From Acidimicrobiia bacterium (GTDB taxonomy: Bacteria; Acidobacteriota; Vicinamibacteria; Vicinamibacterales; UBA2999): DNA of 64,000 bases. Below the pieces are notes generated by a model, which worked only from the letters and a program-made list of their open reading frames with translations, was not told the origin of the DNA and did no database searches. The translations under genes and the position numbers were made by a program. This document shows, one piece after another, positions 56,704 through 64,000 of this stretch. The first letter of the stretch is position 1; each line of letters starts with the position of its first letter. The stretch is from assembly GCA_038144855.1 (NCBI GenBank), contig JAYQOO010000002.1, forward strand, positions 36,742 to 100,741, given 5' to 3'.

Positions 56704-57840
56704 TTACTGCTGGGACGAATGGTCGCGGGCGAGCGCCTCGACGGCGAGCCGTTCGAGGCGCACGTGGCGGCCGGCGTTGACCGGGTCGAGCAGCCCCTCC
56801 GCCACGAAGCGCTCGATGCCTTCAATATCGGTCTTGAGCAGCCGGGTAGCTTCGTCGATGGAGATCAGCCGCGGCAGCAGTTCGACGTGCTCGACGCGGT
56901 TGCGCCCGCCGACCTTGGCGCGTTCGAGGGCGGCCTCTGCCTCCGACGAAAATTTCTCATGGTCGATCGGTTCGCCTTCGAGCGCGCGCGCGCTCGTCAC
57001 CGCCACGCTAACCGTCACAACCGCGCGCTGTTCGGTGCGGTAATCGCGGAAGGTCAGTCGCTCTTCGACCATCGCGCGGGTGCGTTCCGCCAGCGTCATC
57101 GCGTCTGCCGGGTTGGTCTCCGGCAGCAGCACCGCGATGGTGTCTTCGTCATGACGGAAGACCCAATCGTGCTGGCGGAAATAGGCGCGCAGCAGGATGC
57201 CCATGCGTTCGAGAATGCGATCGCCCACGCCATAGCCGTGGGCCTTGTTGATCGCCGACAGGTTGTCGATGTCGATCAGCATCATCGACAGCCAGTGCTC
57301 GAAACGCTCGGCGCGGCAGCATTCCTTGGGCAGCACCGCGTCCAGCACCGGCCGCGAATGCAGGTTCGTCAGCGGATCCTCGATCGCCGACGCCTGTGGC
57401 GAATACACCATCCGGGTCGTAAACGCGCCGAGCACATCGAAGGCGGCTCGCCGGATGATCTGGCAGGCCTGCGGCCAGGGATCGGTGTTGGCGCCGACCC
57501 TCGGGTCGAGCGAGAGTTCATCGATGGCCGTGCTCATCACGATGTGCGTGAAGGTAAACAGCTGGTCCGGTGTGACCTCGCGTTCCGACACGATGGCGGT
57601 GAGTTCGCTGATGCCCGCGGCGCGGGCGTCAACCCGTCCTCCGAGGATGGCTTCCCCAAACAGCCGCGTGACCTGGTTGCCAAGTCGCATGCAGTAGTTG
57701 GCGTCGAGCCGCCGCGATTCTGCCGACAGGGGGAACGTGGCGACCGTGTCCGCCACGATCACATCGCCGCGGTCGTCGAAATGGTGCGCCACGTGGCGCC
57801 GCAATTCGAGGTCGACTCCGAGTTCAGAAGCGGGCTTCAT
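56704..57840 (-). CDS. degenerate GGDEF-domain protein (GGDEF replaced by DEDTI, RxxD I-site retained) with unknown N-terminal domain and C-terminal HTH_17-like DNA-binding domain
   Basis: DPLTNLHSRPVL .. MLIDIDNLSAINKAHGYGVGDRILERM .. RQHDWVFRHDEDTIAVLLPET .. AALERAKVGGRNRVEHV aligns with the GGDEF fold. The C-terminus reads LISIDEATRLLKTDIEGIERFVAEGLLDPVNAGRHVRLERLAVEAL. ATG 57840 is preferred over TTG 57852. Confidence 0.75.
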   Translation of the reverse strand: MKPASELGVDLELRRHVAHHFDDRGDVIVADTVATFPLSAESRRLDANYCMRLGNQVTRLFGEAILGGRVDARAAGISELTAIVSEREVTPDQLFTFTHIVMSTAIDELSLDPRVGANTDPWPQACQIIRRAAFDVLGAFTTRMVYSPQASAIEDPLTNLHSRPVLDAVLPKECCRAERFEHWLSMMLIDIDNLSAINKAHGYGVGDRILERMGILLRAYFRQHDWVFRHDEDTIAVLLPETNPADAMTLAERTRAMVEERLTFRDYRTEQRAVVTVSVAVTSARALEGEPIDHEKFSSEAEAALERAKVGGRNRVEHVELLPRLISIDEATRLLKTDIEGIERFVAEGLLDPVNAGRHVRLERLAVEALARDHSSQQ

Positions 57841-58052
57841 CAGATCGTCCAAGTGTTTCGGCCGTCCGCAAGGGTAACTCCATATCGTGCGCTTGCCGTC
57901 GGGCCGAAATACTTACAGCGTGACCAGTGATCCCGTGGACGAAACTGCACAGGATTGCCGGGATTGGCGCAGCGGACGAGTTTGCTCAGGTCCGCCGCCA
58001 ATACCTATCATCAGACGTTTACGACGAAGTGTGACGGGAACAGTTCGAGGAT

Positions 58053-60059
58053 ATGCGCAAGAAGCTCGGTGAGTGCCTGATCCAGGCAGGCCTCATCACG
58101 GAAGACGATCTGCAGTCCGCGTTGACGGAGCACAAACGCACGGGCGAACGCCTTGGCGCGGTGCTCGTGCGGCTGAACCTTGCCTCGGAACGGCAGATCG
58201 CAAAGGCGCTGGCCTACCAGCTCGGTTTCCCGTACCTCAATCTCGCCGAAAATCCGCCGGACGCCACCGTCGTGACCCTCATCTCGAAAGAGGTGGCGCT
58301 CAAGCGGTCGTGCGTCGCGATTCGTCTCGACAAGAACCTGCTGACGGTGGCCATGGCCGATCCGCTGCTGTTCAGCCTGGTGCAGGATCTCGAATTCCAG
58401 ACCGGCTATCGCATCAAGCAGGTTGTCGCCACGCGCGCCGACATTCTCGAAGCGATCGCCGCCGGATATCCCGACAAGGCGCTGATCAAGGCGTCCCCGG
58501 CGACGGCCGGCAGCGGCGTGCTGGCGCGGCGCGCGCGCGCCACTGACGAACGCACGGTCAACGAAGCGTTGATGCGGCGTCCCGAGGAGGACGCGGCCAC
58601 CGAGCCGATCGCCGGTCTCAAGGAACGCAGCGAGGCGGCGCCGATCATCGACCTCGTGGATCTCGTCGTGAAGAGCGCCATCAAGGCCGGCGCCTCCGAC
58701 GTGCACGTCGAGCCGATGGAAAAGGGCGTCCTCATCCGCCATCGCCTTGACGGCCTGTTGAAGGAAGTCATGGACCTGCCCAAGTGGGTCCACGAAGCAC
58801 TGATCGCCCGCTTGAAAATCATGGCGGGCATGGATATCGCCGAGAAGCGGCTGCCGCAGGACGGCCGCGTCCGCGTCGCCAACGAAGAAGGCAAGGATGT
58901 CGACTTCCGAGCCTCGACGCTGCGCACGCTGCACGGCGAGAAGATGGTGCTGCGCGTCCTCGACCAGAACCGCGGCGTGCCGCCGCTCGAGGAACTGGGC
59001 TTTTCCGCGGCGGCGTTCAGCGATCTCAAGGGATTCCTCAAGTTCCAGCACGGCATGATCCTCGTCGTCGGACCGACCGGCAGCGGCAAGACCACCACGC
59101 TCTGCTCGGCCCTGATGTCGATGCAGTCGGAGCGCACCAACATCATCACGATCGAAGACCCGATCGAGTACCAGCTGCCCGGCATCAACCAGACCCAGAC
59201 CAACGAGAAGATCAAGCTGACGTTTGCCAGCGCGCTGCGCTCGATCCTGCGCCAGGACCCCGACGTCATCCTAGTGGGCGAGATCCGCGACCAGGAGACC
59301 GCGCGCATTGCCATGCAGGCCGCGCAGACCGGTCACCTGGTGTTGTCGACGCTGCACACCGACGACGCGCCTTCGGTCATGACGCGCTTGAGCGACATCG
59401 GCGTCGAGCCGTACGTGATCGCGTCGGCGACCATCGGCGTCGTCGCGCAGCGCCTCGTGCGCCGCTTGTGCGCGTCGTGCCGCCGTCAGTACACGCCGAC
59501 GTCAGACACGCTGCGGGCGCTGAACATTTCGGACGAAGACGCCGCGTCGATTCCGTTCTACCGGCCGGTTGGCTGCGACGCGTGCCATCAGACCGGCTAC
59601 AAGGGCCGCATCGGCATCTACGAGGTGATGAAGATCACCGACCGACTGCGCCGCATGATCACGCAAAAGGCGTCCGAGGATGCCATTCGCGAGGTCGCGC
59701 AGAGCACCGGCATGTTGACGCTGGGCGACGACGCGCTGGCCAAGGTCAAGGCCGGAGTGACGACTGCCGAAGAGCTGTTGCGCGTCGTGACCGAGGTGCG
59801 CGAGATGCGCAGCGTCTGCCCGGGATGCAGCGGACCGGTGGCGCTTGATTTCGTGGCGTGCCCGGCCTGCGGCCGGCGGCTGAGCGGCGCGTGCCCAGGG
59901 TGCGGTCGCAGCCTGCAACCAGGCTGGATGTTCTGCCCGTACTGCGCGCGGGGCACCGAGCCGCGTTCGGAGCGGCGGCTGCGGGAACGCCGCGTCGCGC
60001 GGGAGCTGCCGGCAGCCAACGTATCGAATGTCACAGAGTTCAAGAAGGGCGCGACGTAA
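58053..60059 (+). CDS. GspE/PilB-family secretion-type ATPase with N-terminal MshEN (c-di-GMP-binding type) domain and C-terminal double zinc-ribbon extension
   Basis: Walker A VGPTGSGKTTT, Walker B DPDVILVGEIRD, His box GHLVLSTLHT, and tetra-Cys CASC..CDAC. The N-terminal tandem motif and the four C-terminal CxxC pairs are described in the findings. Confidence 0.85.
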   Translation: MRKKLGECLIQAGLITEDDLQSALTEHKRTGERLGAVLVRLNLASERQIAKALAYQLGFPYLNLAENPPDATVVTLISKEVALKRSCVAIRLDKNLLTVAMADPLLFSLVQDLEFQTGYRIKQVVATRADILEAIAAGYPDKALIKASPATAGSGVLARRARATDERTVNEALMRRPEEDAATEPIAGLKERSEAAPIIDLVDLVVKSAIKAGASDVHVEPMEKGVLIRHRLDGLLKEVMDLPKWVHEALIARLKIMAGMDIAEKRLPQDGRVRVANEEGKDVDFRASTLRTLHGEKMVLRVLDQNRGVPPLEELGFSAAAFSDLKGFLKFQHGMILVVGPTGSGKTTTLCSALMSMQSERTNIITIEDPIEYQLPGINQTQTNEKIKLTFASALRSILRQDPDVILVGEIRDQETARIAMQAAQTGHLVLSTLHTDDAPSVMTRLSDIGVEPYVIASATIGVVAQRLVRRLCASCRRQYTPTSDTLRALNISDEDAASIPFYRPVGCDACHQTGYKGRIGIYEVMKITDRLRRMITQKASEDAIREVAQSTGMLTLGDDALAKVKAGVTTAEELLRVVTEVREMRSVCPGCSGPVALDFVACPACGRRLSGACPGCGRSLQPGWMFCPYCARGTEPRSERRLRERRVARELPAANVSNVTEFKKGAT

Positions 60060-60074
60060 AATTCACGGTACTCC

Positions 60075-60896
60075 GTGAAGACGCACTACGAACTGCTGGG
60101 CCTCGAACCGACCGCTGACGCCGACGCCATCAAGAAGGCGTTCCGGCGCGAGATTGCCCGCTATCACCCCGACAAGGTCATTCACCTCGGCGCCGAGTTC
60201 CAGGAGATGGCCGCGACGCGTGCCTCCGAACTCACCGTTGCCTATAAGACGCTGACCGATCCGGCGCTGCGCGACGAGTACGACGCGGGCATTACCGGCG
60301 CGATGCCGCTGGCGCATCCCGCCGGCGCCCCGGCCGCGCCGCCCCGCGCCGATGCGCCGTCTGAAGCGCCGCGGGTGGAGGAGACCTTCGAGCCACCGCC
60401 CCAGTCGAGCGGCAAGGTGCGTTTCGCGGCCGAGCGCGCCGACCGTGACCTGATCCTCAAACGCGCCATTGCCGGCCGGGTGCTCGGCATCGTCGAATCG
60501 CTGTACGGCAAGGCTGACACTCCCCCGGTACGCGGCTTCGACCTGGCCATGGTGCCGGTCGCCAAGCCGAGGTTCCTCGGTGCCATGCCGCCGCGCGTGC
60601 TGGTCAAGCTCGTGGACGCCGCCGACGGCGCCGCGGTCACCGAGGCGCACTCAGCCGCCTCGCGCGCGCGGGTGCACGCCGGCAAGTCACCCGTGGTGGT
60701 GCTCCTGCTGTCCAGGGTCATCGCGCCCCAGGGCGAGCTGTCGCGCGCCGTCGATTCGCAGGCCCCCCCGCGGGAGGCGCCGGACGGCCCCGCCGAAGTG
60801 GCGGTGGTCGCGGTTGATATCGCGGACTGGTCCTGCCGATTACCGCCCAATTCCTCGTCGGTTGTGCACAAACTGGCTGCCCAGATCTGCGCCTGA
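60075..60896 (+). CDS. J-domain protein with Pro/Ala-rich linker and unknown C-terminal domain
   Basis: HYELLGLEPTADADAIKKAFRREIARYHPDK contains the HPD tripeptide. GTG start at 60075. There is no DnaJ Gly/Phe or zinc-finger region. Confidence 0.8.
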   Translation: MKTHYELLGLEPTADADAIKKAFRREIARYHPDKVIHLGAEFQEMAATRASELTVAYKTLTDPALRDEYDAGITGAMPLAHPAGAPAAPPRADAPSEAPRVEETFEPPPQSSGKVRFAAERADRDLILKRAIAGRVLGIVESLYGKADTPPVRGFDLAMVPVAKPRFLGAMPPRVLVKLVDAADGAAVTEAHSAASRARVHAGKSPVVVLLLSRVIAPQGELSRAVDSQAPPREAPDGPAEVAVVAVDIADWSCRLPPNSSSVVHKLAAQICA

Positions 60897-60952
60897 GCGG
60901 TTCAATCGTGACGTGTTGAACCCCTGAACCAACATCGTCGTAAACTTGAGAT

Positions 60953-61660
60953 ATGCCGCTGATTGAGACCCGCGACCTCTGGAAGACCTACCAAATGGGC
61001 GACGAGACCATTCACGCCCTGAAAGGTGTGTCGATCTCGATCGAGCGCGGCGAATACGTGGCGATCATGGGGCCGTCGGGCTCCGGCAAGTCCACGTTGA
61101 TGAATCTCATCGGCTGCCTCGATACGCCGAGCAAGGGCACCTACCTGCTCAACAACAAGGAGGTCAGCCAGATGAACGACAACGAGCTGGCCCGAATCCG
61201 CAACGAAGAAATCGGATTCGTCTTTCAGACCTTCAACCTGCTGCCGCGCGCCACCGCGCTGCACAACGTCGAACTGCCGCTGGTCTATGCCGGCATCGGC
61301 AAGGCCGATCGCATCGCCCAGGCGAAGGCCGCGATTGAGAAAGTCGAACTCACGCACCGCATGTCGCACAAGCCGAACGAACTGTCCGGCGGTCAGCGGC
61401 AGCGCGTCGCGATTGCCCGCGCGCTCGTCAACAACCCGTCGATCCTGCTTGCCGACGAACCGACCGGCAACCTCGATTCAAAGACCGGCGTGGAAATCAT
61501 GGGTCTGTTTGCGCGTCTTCATCAGGGCGGCAACACCATCATTCTGGTGACGCACGAGCCCGACATTGCGGCCTACGCGCACCGCGTCATCGCGATTCGC
61601 GACGGCCAGGTTGAGCGTGATGTGCGACAGGAACCGCAGGCGACCTTAGCGGCCCACTGA
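60953..61660 (+). CDS. ABC transporter ATP-binding protein (MacB/LolD-type)
   Basis: [27 protein letters not shown] and [12 protein letters not shown]. No permease gene follows in the window. Confidence 0.85.
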   Translation: MPLIETRDLWKTYQMGDETIHALKGVSISIERGEYVAIMGPSGSGKSTLMNLIGCLDTPSKGTYLLNNKEVSQMNDNELARIRNEEIGFVFQTFNLLPRATALHNVELPLVYAGIGKADRIAQAKAAIEKVELTHRMSHKPNELSGGQRQRVAIARALVNNPSILLADEPTGNLDSKTGVEIMGLFARLHQGGNTIILVTHEPDIAAYAHRVIAIRDGQVERDVRQEPQATLAAH

Positions 61661-62131
61661 GCGTTTCCAGACCAGCGACTGCGTGACGCGGCCGCTGGCG
61701 TCCTTCAGCATCAACGTCAACTGCGCGTTGTCCTTCGATAACTCGTAGTAGCGCACCTGACGCGTTCCCACCCAGCTTGGATTCGACGAGCCATCGACGA
61801 TGTGCGTCACGATCCCTTTGGCTTCCTCGACGACGAACGGCCCGTAATATCCGAGATAGCGGCGATACGCCGCCGCGCGAAGGTCGTCGGTCTGCGGCGC
61901 CTGGTCCGCCTTGTTCGCGGAATGCATCAGGTGAGCCGACATTCGGCCCGAGCGGTCGTAACTGATCTGGCCTTGATCGTACGCGCCCGGGCGCCTGGCG
62001 CCGCCAGCCGCGATGATCTCGTAGGTAATCAGCTCCCAGGAGCCGACGAGGCGTTGCGCGGCCGATTCCTGGGCATGTGGTGGCGCAGCAGCGGAGAACA
62101 GGGCGATGACGGCCAGCAGTAACGTGCGCAT
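61646..62131 (-). CDS. secreted lipocalin-like domain protein
   Basis: From ATG 62131 the signal peptide reads [33 protein letters not shown] .. [12 protein letters not shown] follows the lipocalin-like (YceI-unrelated) pattern. The track start at 62227 is an Arg-rich extension. Confidence 0.55.
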   Translation of the reverse strand: MRTLLLAVIALFSAAAPPHAQESAAQRLVGSWELITYEIIAAGGARRPGAYDQGQISYDRSGRMSAHLMHSANKADQAPQTDDLRAAAYRRYLGYYGPFVVEEAKGIVTHIVDGSSNPSWVGTRQVRYYELSKDNAQLTLMLKDASGRVTQSLVWKRSVGR

Positions 62132-62153
62132 GCCGCGCATTATGCCCCAAGGC

Positions 62154-63002
62154 CTACTGCGGCACGATCCGCGCTGACGTCGTGAACCGCCGGTAGTTCG
62201 TGTAGCGCGCCGTTCCACTGCCATCACGGAAGCGCCCCGCGAAAAAGTCTTCCTTCATCTCGTACGGCACGAGCATGCCAAGTTGTTGGTCGGCCCGGAA
62301 ATCGACCCAGATCATGTTGTCGATACCTTGCGTGCCGATGCGCGCGTCACGGGTCTTCACCTGTGCCCGCAGCAGACGACCGGTCTCGGGCTCGATCCAC
62401 GCCGTGACGAGGCTGCGCATCTCGCCCCCATCAGGCCGTTGAATGATCGTCGGCGTCGAGATCTCATCGAACACCATGCGCGCCGTCTGCGTACCCCGGA
62501 TCTTCTCCATGCCGTCCACGCGATGGTGCAGGCGGTGGCGATTGCGAGGATGCAGGAATTCGAGCGGCAGGTTGGGCAGGTTGGTCGTGCGCGGGAAACC
62601 GAGATTGTGCTCGGCGCTCTGCCCGAGTAGCAGCCGCGCCTGATCGTAGTCGTCCTTGGCGCCGTCACTCAGCACCAGCGCCAGGGACGGTCCGGCATCC
62701 GCCAGCGCCTTGCCGTTGACCTTCACCACCCGACGGAAGCCAAGCCAGCCGACGTCGCCGGGCAGGCCGACAAAGGCCACCTCCGAAATGATCTCGCGAT
62801 TTTTGGTGGGCTCCGCGGTCTCGTTGGCGTTGCGATTCGCGCCGTCGCGCTGCGTCATGCGCTCGTCGGCGACCAGCGTGCTCAGCTGCTTCTCGTAGTC
62901 GACCAGGTACTTGTCGAGGCGATTTCGAATCGCATCAGCATCCGCAGGCTGCGACGCCAGCAGCGCGGTACCGACCAAGGTGGCGAGGAGGGTCTTCATC
63001 AT
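62154..63002 (-). CDS. hypothetical secreted protein
   Basis: Signal peptide MMKTLLATLVGTALLASQPADA. GC3 is high. No recognisable motif. Confidence 0.5.
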   Translation of the reverse strand: MMKTLLATLVGTALLASQPADADAIRNRLDKYLVDYEKQLSTLVADERMTQRDGANRNANETAEPTKNREIISEVAFVGLPGDVGWLGFRRVVKVNGKALADAGPSLALVLSDGAKDDYDQARLLLGQSAEHNLGFPRTTNLPNLPLEFLHPRNRHRLHHRVDGMEKIRGTQTARMVFDEISTPTIIQRPDGGEMRSLVTAWIEPETGRLLRAQVKTRDARIGTQGIDNMIWVDFRADQQLGMLVPYEMKEDFFAGRFRDGSGTARYTNYRRFTTSARIVPQ

Positions 63003-63033
63003 CGCAAGCTTCTGTGGCCTTCTGCGGCCGGAC

Positions 63034-63918
63034 CTAGACGGCCGCGAAATGCCCTTCCGAGATCTGCCTCAGCGGCGCCGCGCGGTTCACCTGCGTCGGA
63101 TCGAGCTCGATGCGGGCGCGCGGCGCGTCGGGGTCGGTCGCGGGCACGGCCGACAGTAACGCCCGAGTATACGCATGTTGCGGGGTGTCGAAAATCTCCG
63201 CGGTGCGACCCATCTCGACGATCTTGCCGAGGTACATCACAGCGACGCGGCTGGAAATATGACGGACCAGGCGCAGGTCGTGTGCGATGAACAGATAGGT
63301 GAGCTTGAGCTGATCCTGCAGGTCCATCAGCAGGTTGATGACCTGCGCCTGGATCGACACGTCGAGCGCCGACACCGGCTCGTCCGCGATGATGAACGAG
63401 GGGTTCAACGCCAACGCCCGCGCCAGGCCGATGCGCTGCCGCTGGCCGCCGCTAAACTCGTGGGGGTAGCGATCCAGGTGTGCGGGATCGAGACCGACCA
63501 GCTTGAACAGGTCAGCCACGCGATCGCGCCGTTCGGACTTGGCGCCGATGTTGTGGATGACCAACGGTTCTTCAACGATCGTCGAGGCGCGCATGCGCGG
63601 ATTCAGCGATGAATAGGGATCCTGAAACACCATCTGCATGTCGCGCCTGGCAGCGCGCATGCGCGCGCTCGAGAACGCGAGCACGTCTTCGCCGCGGAAC
63701 GTCACGGAACCTGAGGTCGGCTCGATCAGGCGGAGCATGCACCGGCCGGTCGTGCTCTTGCCGCTACCGGATTCGCCGACCAGGGCAAACGTCTCGCCTT
63801 CGTTCACGCTGAAGCTGACGTCGTCCACCGCGCGCACGACGGTCTTCTCGCGGAACAGGCCGCCACCGCGCTCGAAGTGTTTGACGAGGTGCTTGACCTC
63901 GACCAGCGGCGCTACCAA
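63034..63918 (-). CDS. oligopeptide/dipeptide ABC transporter ATP-binding protein (OppF/DppF-like)
   Basis: [35 protein letters not shown] and the C-terminal oligopeptide-type extension. TTG start at 63918. Confidence 0.85.
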   Translation of the reverse strand: MVAPLVEVKHLVKHFERGGGLFREKTVVRAVDDVSFSVNEGETFALVGESGSGKSTTGRCMLRLIEPTSGSVTFRGEDVLAFSSARMRAARRDMQMVFQDPYSSLNPRMRASTIVEEPLVIHNIGAKSERRDRVADLFKLVGLDPAHLDRYPHEFSGGQRQRIGLARALALNPSFIIADEPVSALDVSIQAQVINLLMDLQDQLKLTYLFIAHDLRLVRHISSRVAVMYLGKIVEMGRTAEIFDTPQHAYTRALLSAVPATDPDAPRARIELDPTQVNRAAPLRQISEGHFAAV

Positions 63919-64000
63919 TTGGCCTCCGTCGTCACGCCCTTCAGGCGCGTGCCCGGTTCGCCACCAGGAATCGAGGCCAGCAGCCCCTTCGTGTAGGGAT
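63912..64000 (-). CDS. C-terminal end of an OppD/DppD-like ABC ATP-binding protein (5' part beyond the window)
   Basis: The reverse translation ..[28 protein letters not shown]-stop contains the HPYT..LL.S.P motif of OppD/F C-termini. The stop overlaps the next gene's start. Confidence 0.6.
   Translation of the reverse strand, partial: PYTKGLLASIPGGEPGTRLKGVTTEANW

Noticed and set aside
1-64000. A search by eye for tRNA, rRNA or tmRNA genes, CRISPR arrays, IS or transposase ends, integrases, toxin-antitoxin pairs, or known defence-system genes.
   Set aside because: No intergenic region exceeds about 200 nt. None shows a cloverleaf-type sequence or a regularly spaced repeat array. No ORF has transposase, integrase, reverse-transcriptase or nuclease-NTPase defence signatures. 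RmuC and the beta-CASP hydrolase appear to be in ordinary housekeeping contexts.

Overview
This is 64 kb of GC-rich bacterial chromosome with a strong GC3 bias, and it is almost fully coding. I can support about 55 protein genes. I found no rRNA, tRNA, CRISPR array, transposase or phage gene. The content suggests an Acidobacteriota-like organism, but that is inference only. It rests on an acidobacterial-type VWFA protein, a PEGA-domain pseudokinase, a tricorn-like protease, many secreted M61/M49/M23/S1/S41 peptidases, and TPR/HEAT proteins. Housekeeping anchors are a ctaD fragment (absent from the ORF track because it runs off the window edge), an argH-family lyase, malQ, rmuC, serA-serC, pcnB, polA, ino1, acs and oppD/F-like genes. 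Many long track ORFs are Arg/Ala/Gly-rich antisense shadows and were discarded. Many true starts lie inside the listed ORFs. The main second-look items are listed here. (1) ORFs 55005-55229 and 55251-56048 are one gene interrupted by an in-frame UGA at the first Cys of a W-C-P-Y-C redox motif, with a SECIS-like hairpin 17 nt downstream, which predicts a periplasmic selenoprotein. (2) A tightly coupled seven-ORF unit at 5337-10385 opens with an 84-aa protein ending Cys-Cys-stop, followed by an ArsA/GET3 ATPase, DinB, an ArgH-like lyase, and a Na+/solute symporter flanked by two unannotated ~31-aa membrane mini-ORFs. (3) Two predicted c-di-GMP receptors are divergently arranged: a degenerate GGDEF-HTH protein, and an orphan GspE-type ATPase carrying a tandem MshEN motif and a C-terminal double zinc ribbon. 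(4) A pseudokinase/coiled-coil/PEGA gene is broken by a frameshift. (5) An envelope operon (HTH-TM-TonB_C, membrane protein, VWFA, BON) sits opposite an FHA-wHTH-FHA regulator. All functional calls rest on motif recognition by eye; no database search was run.
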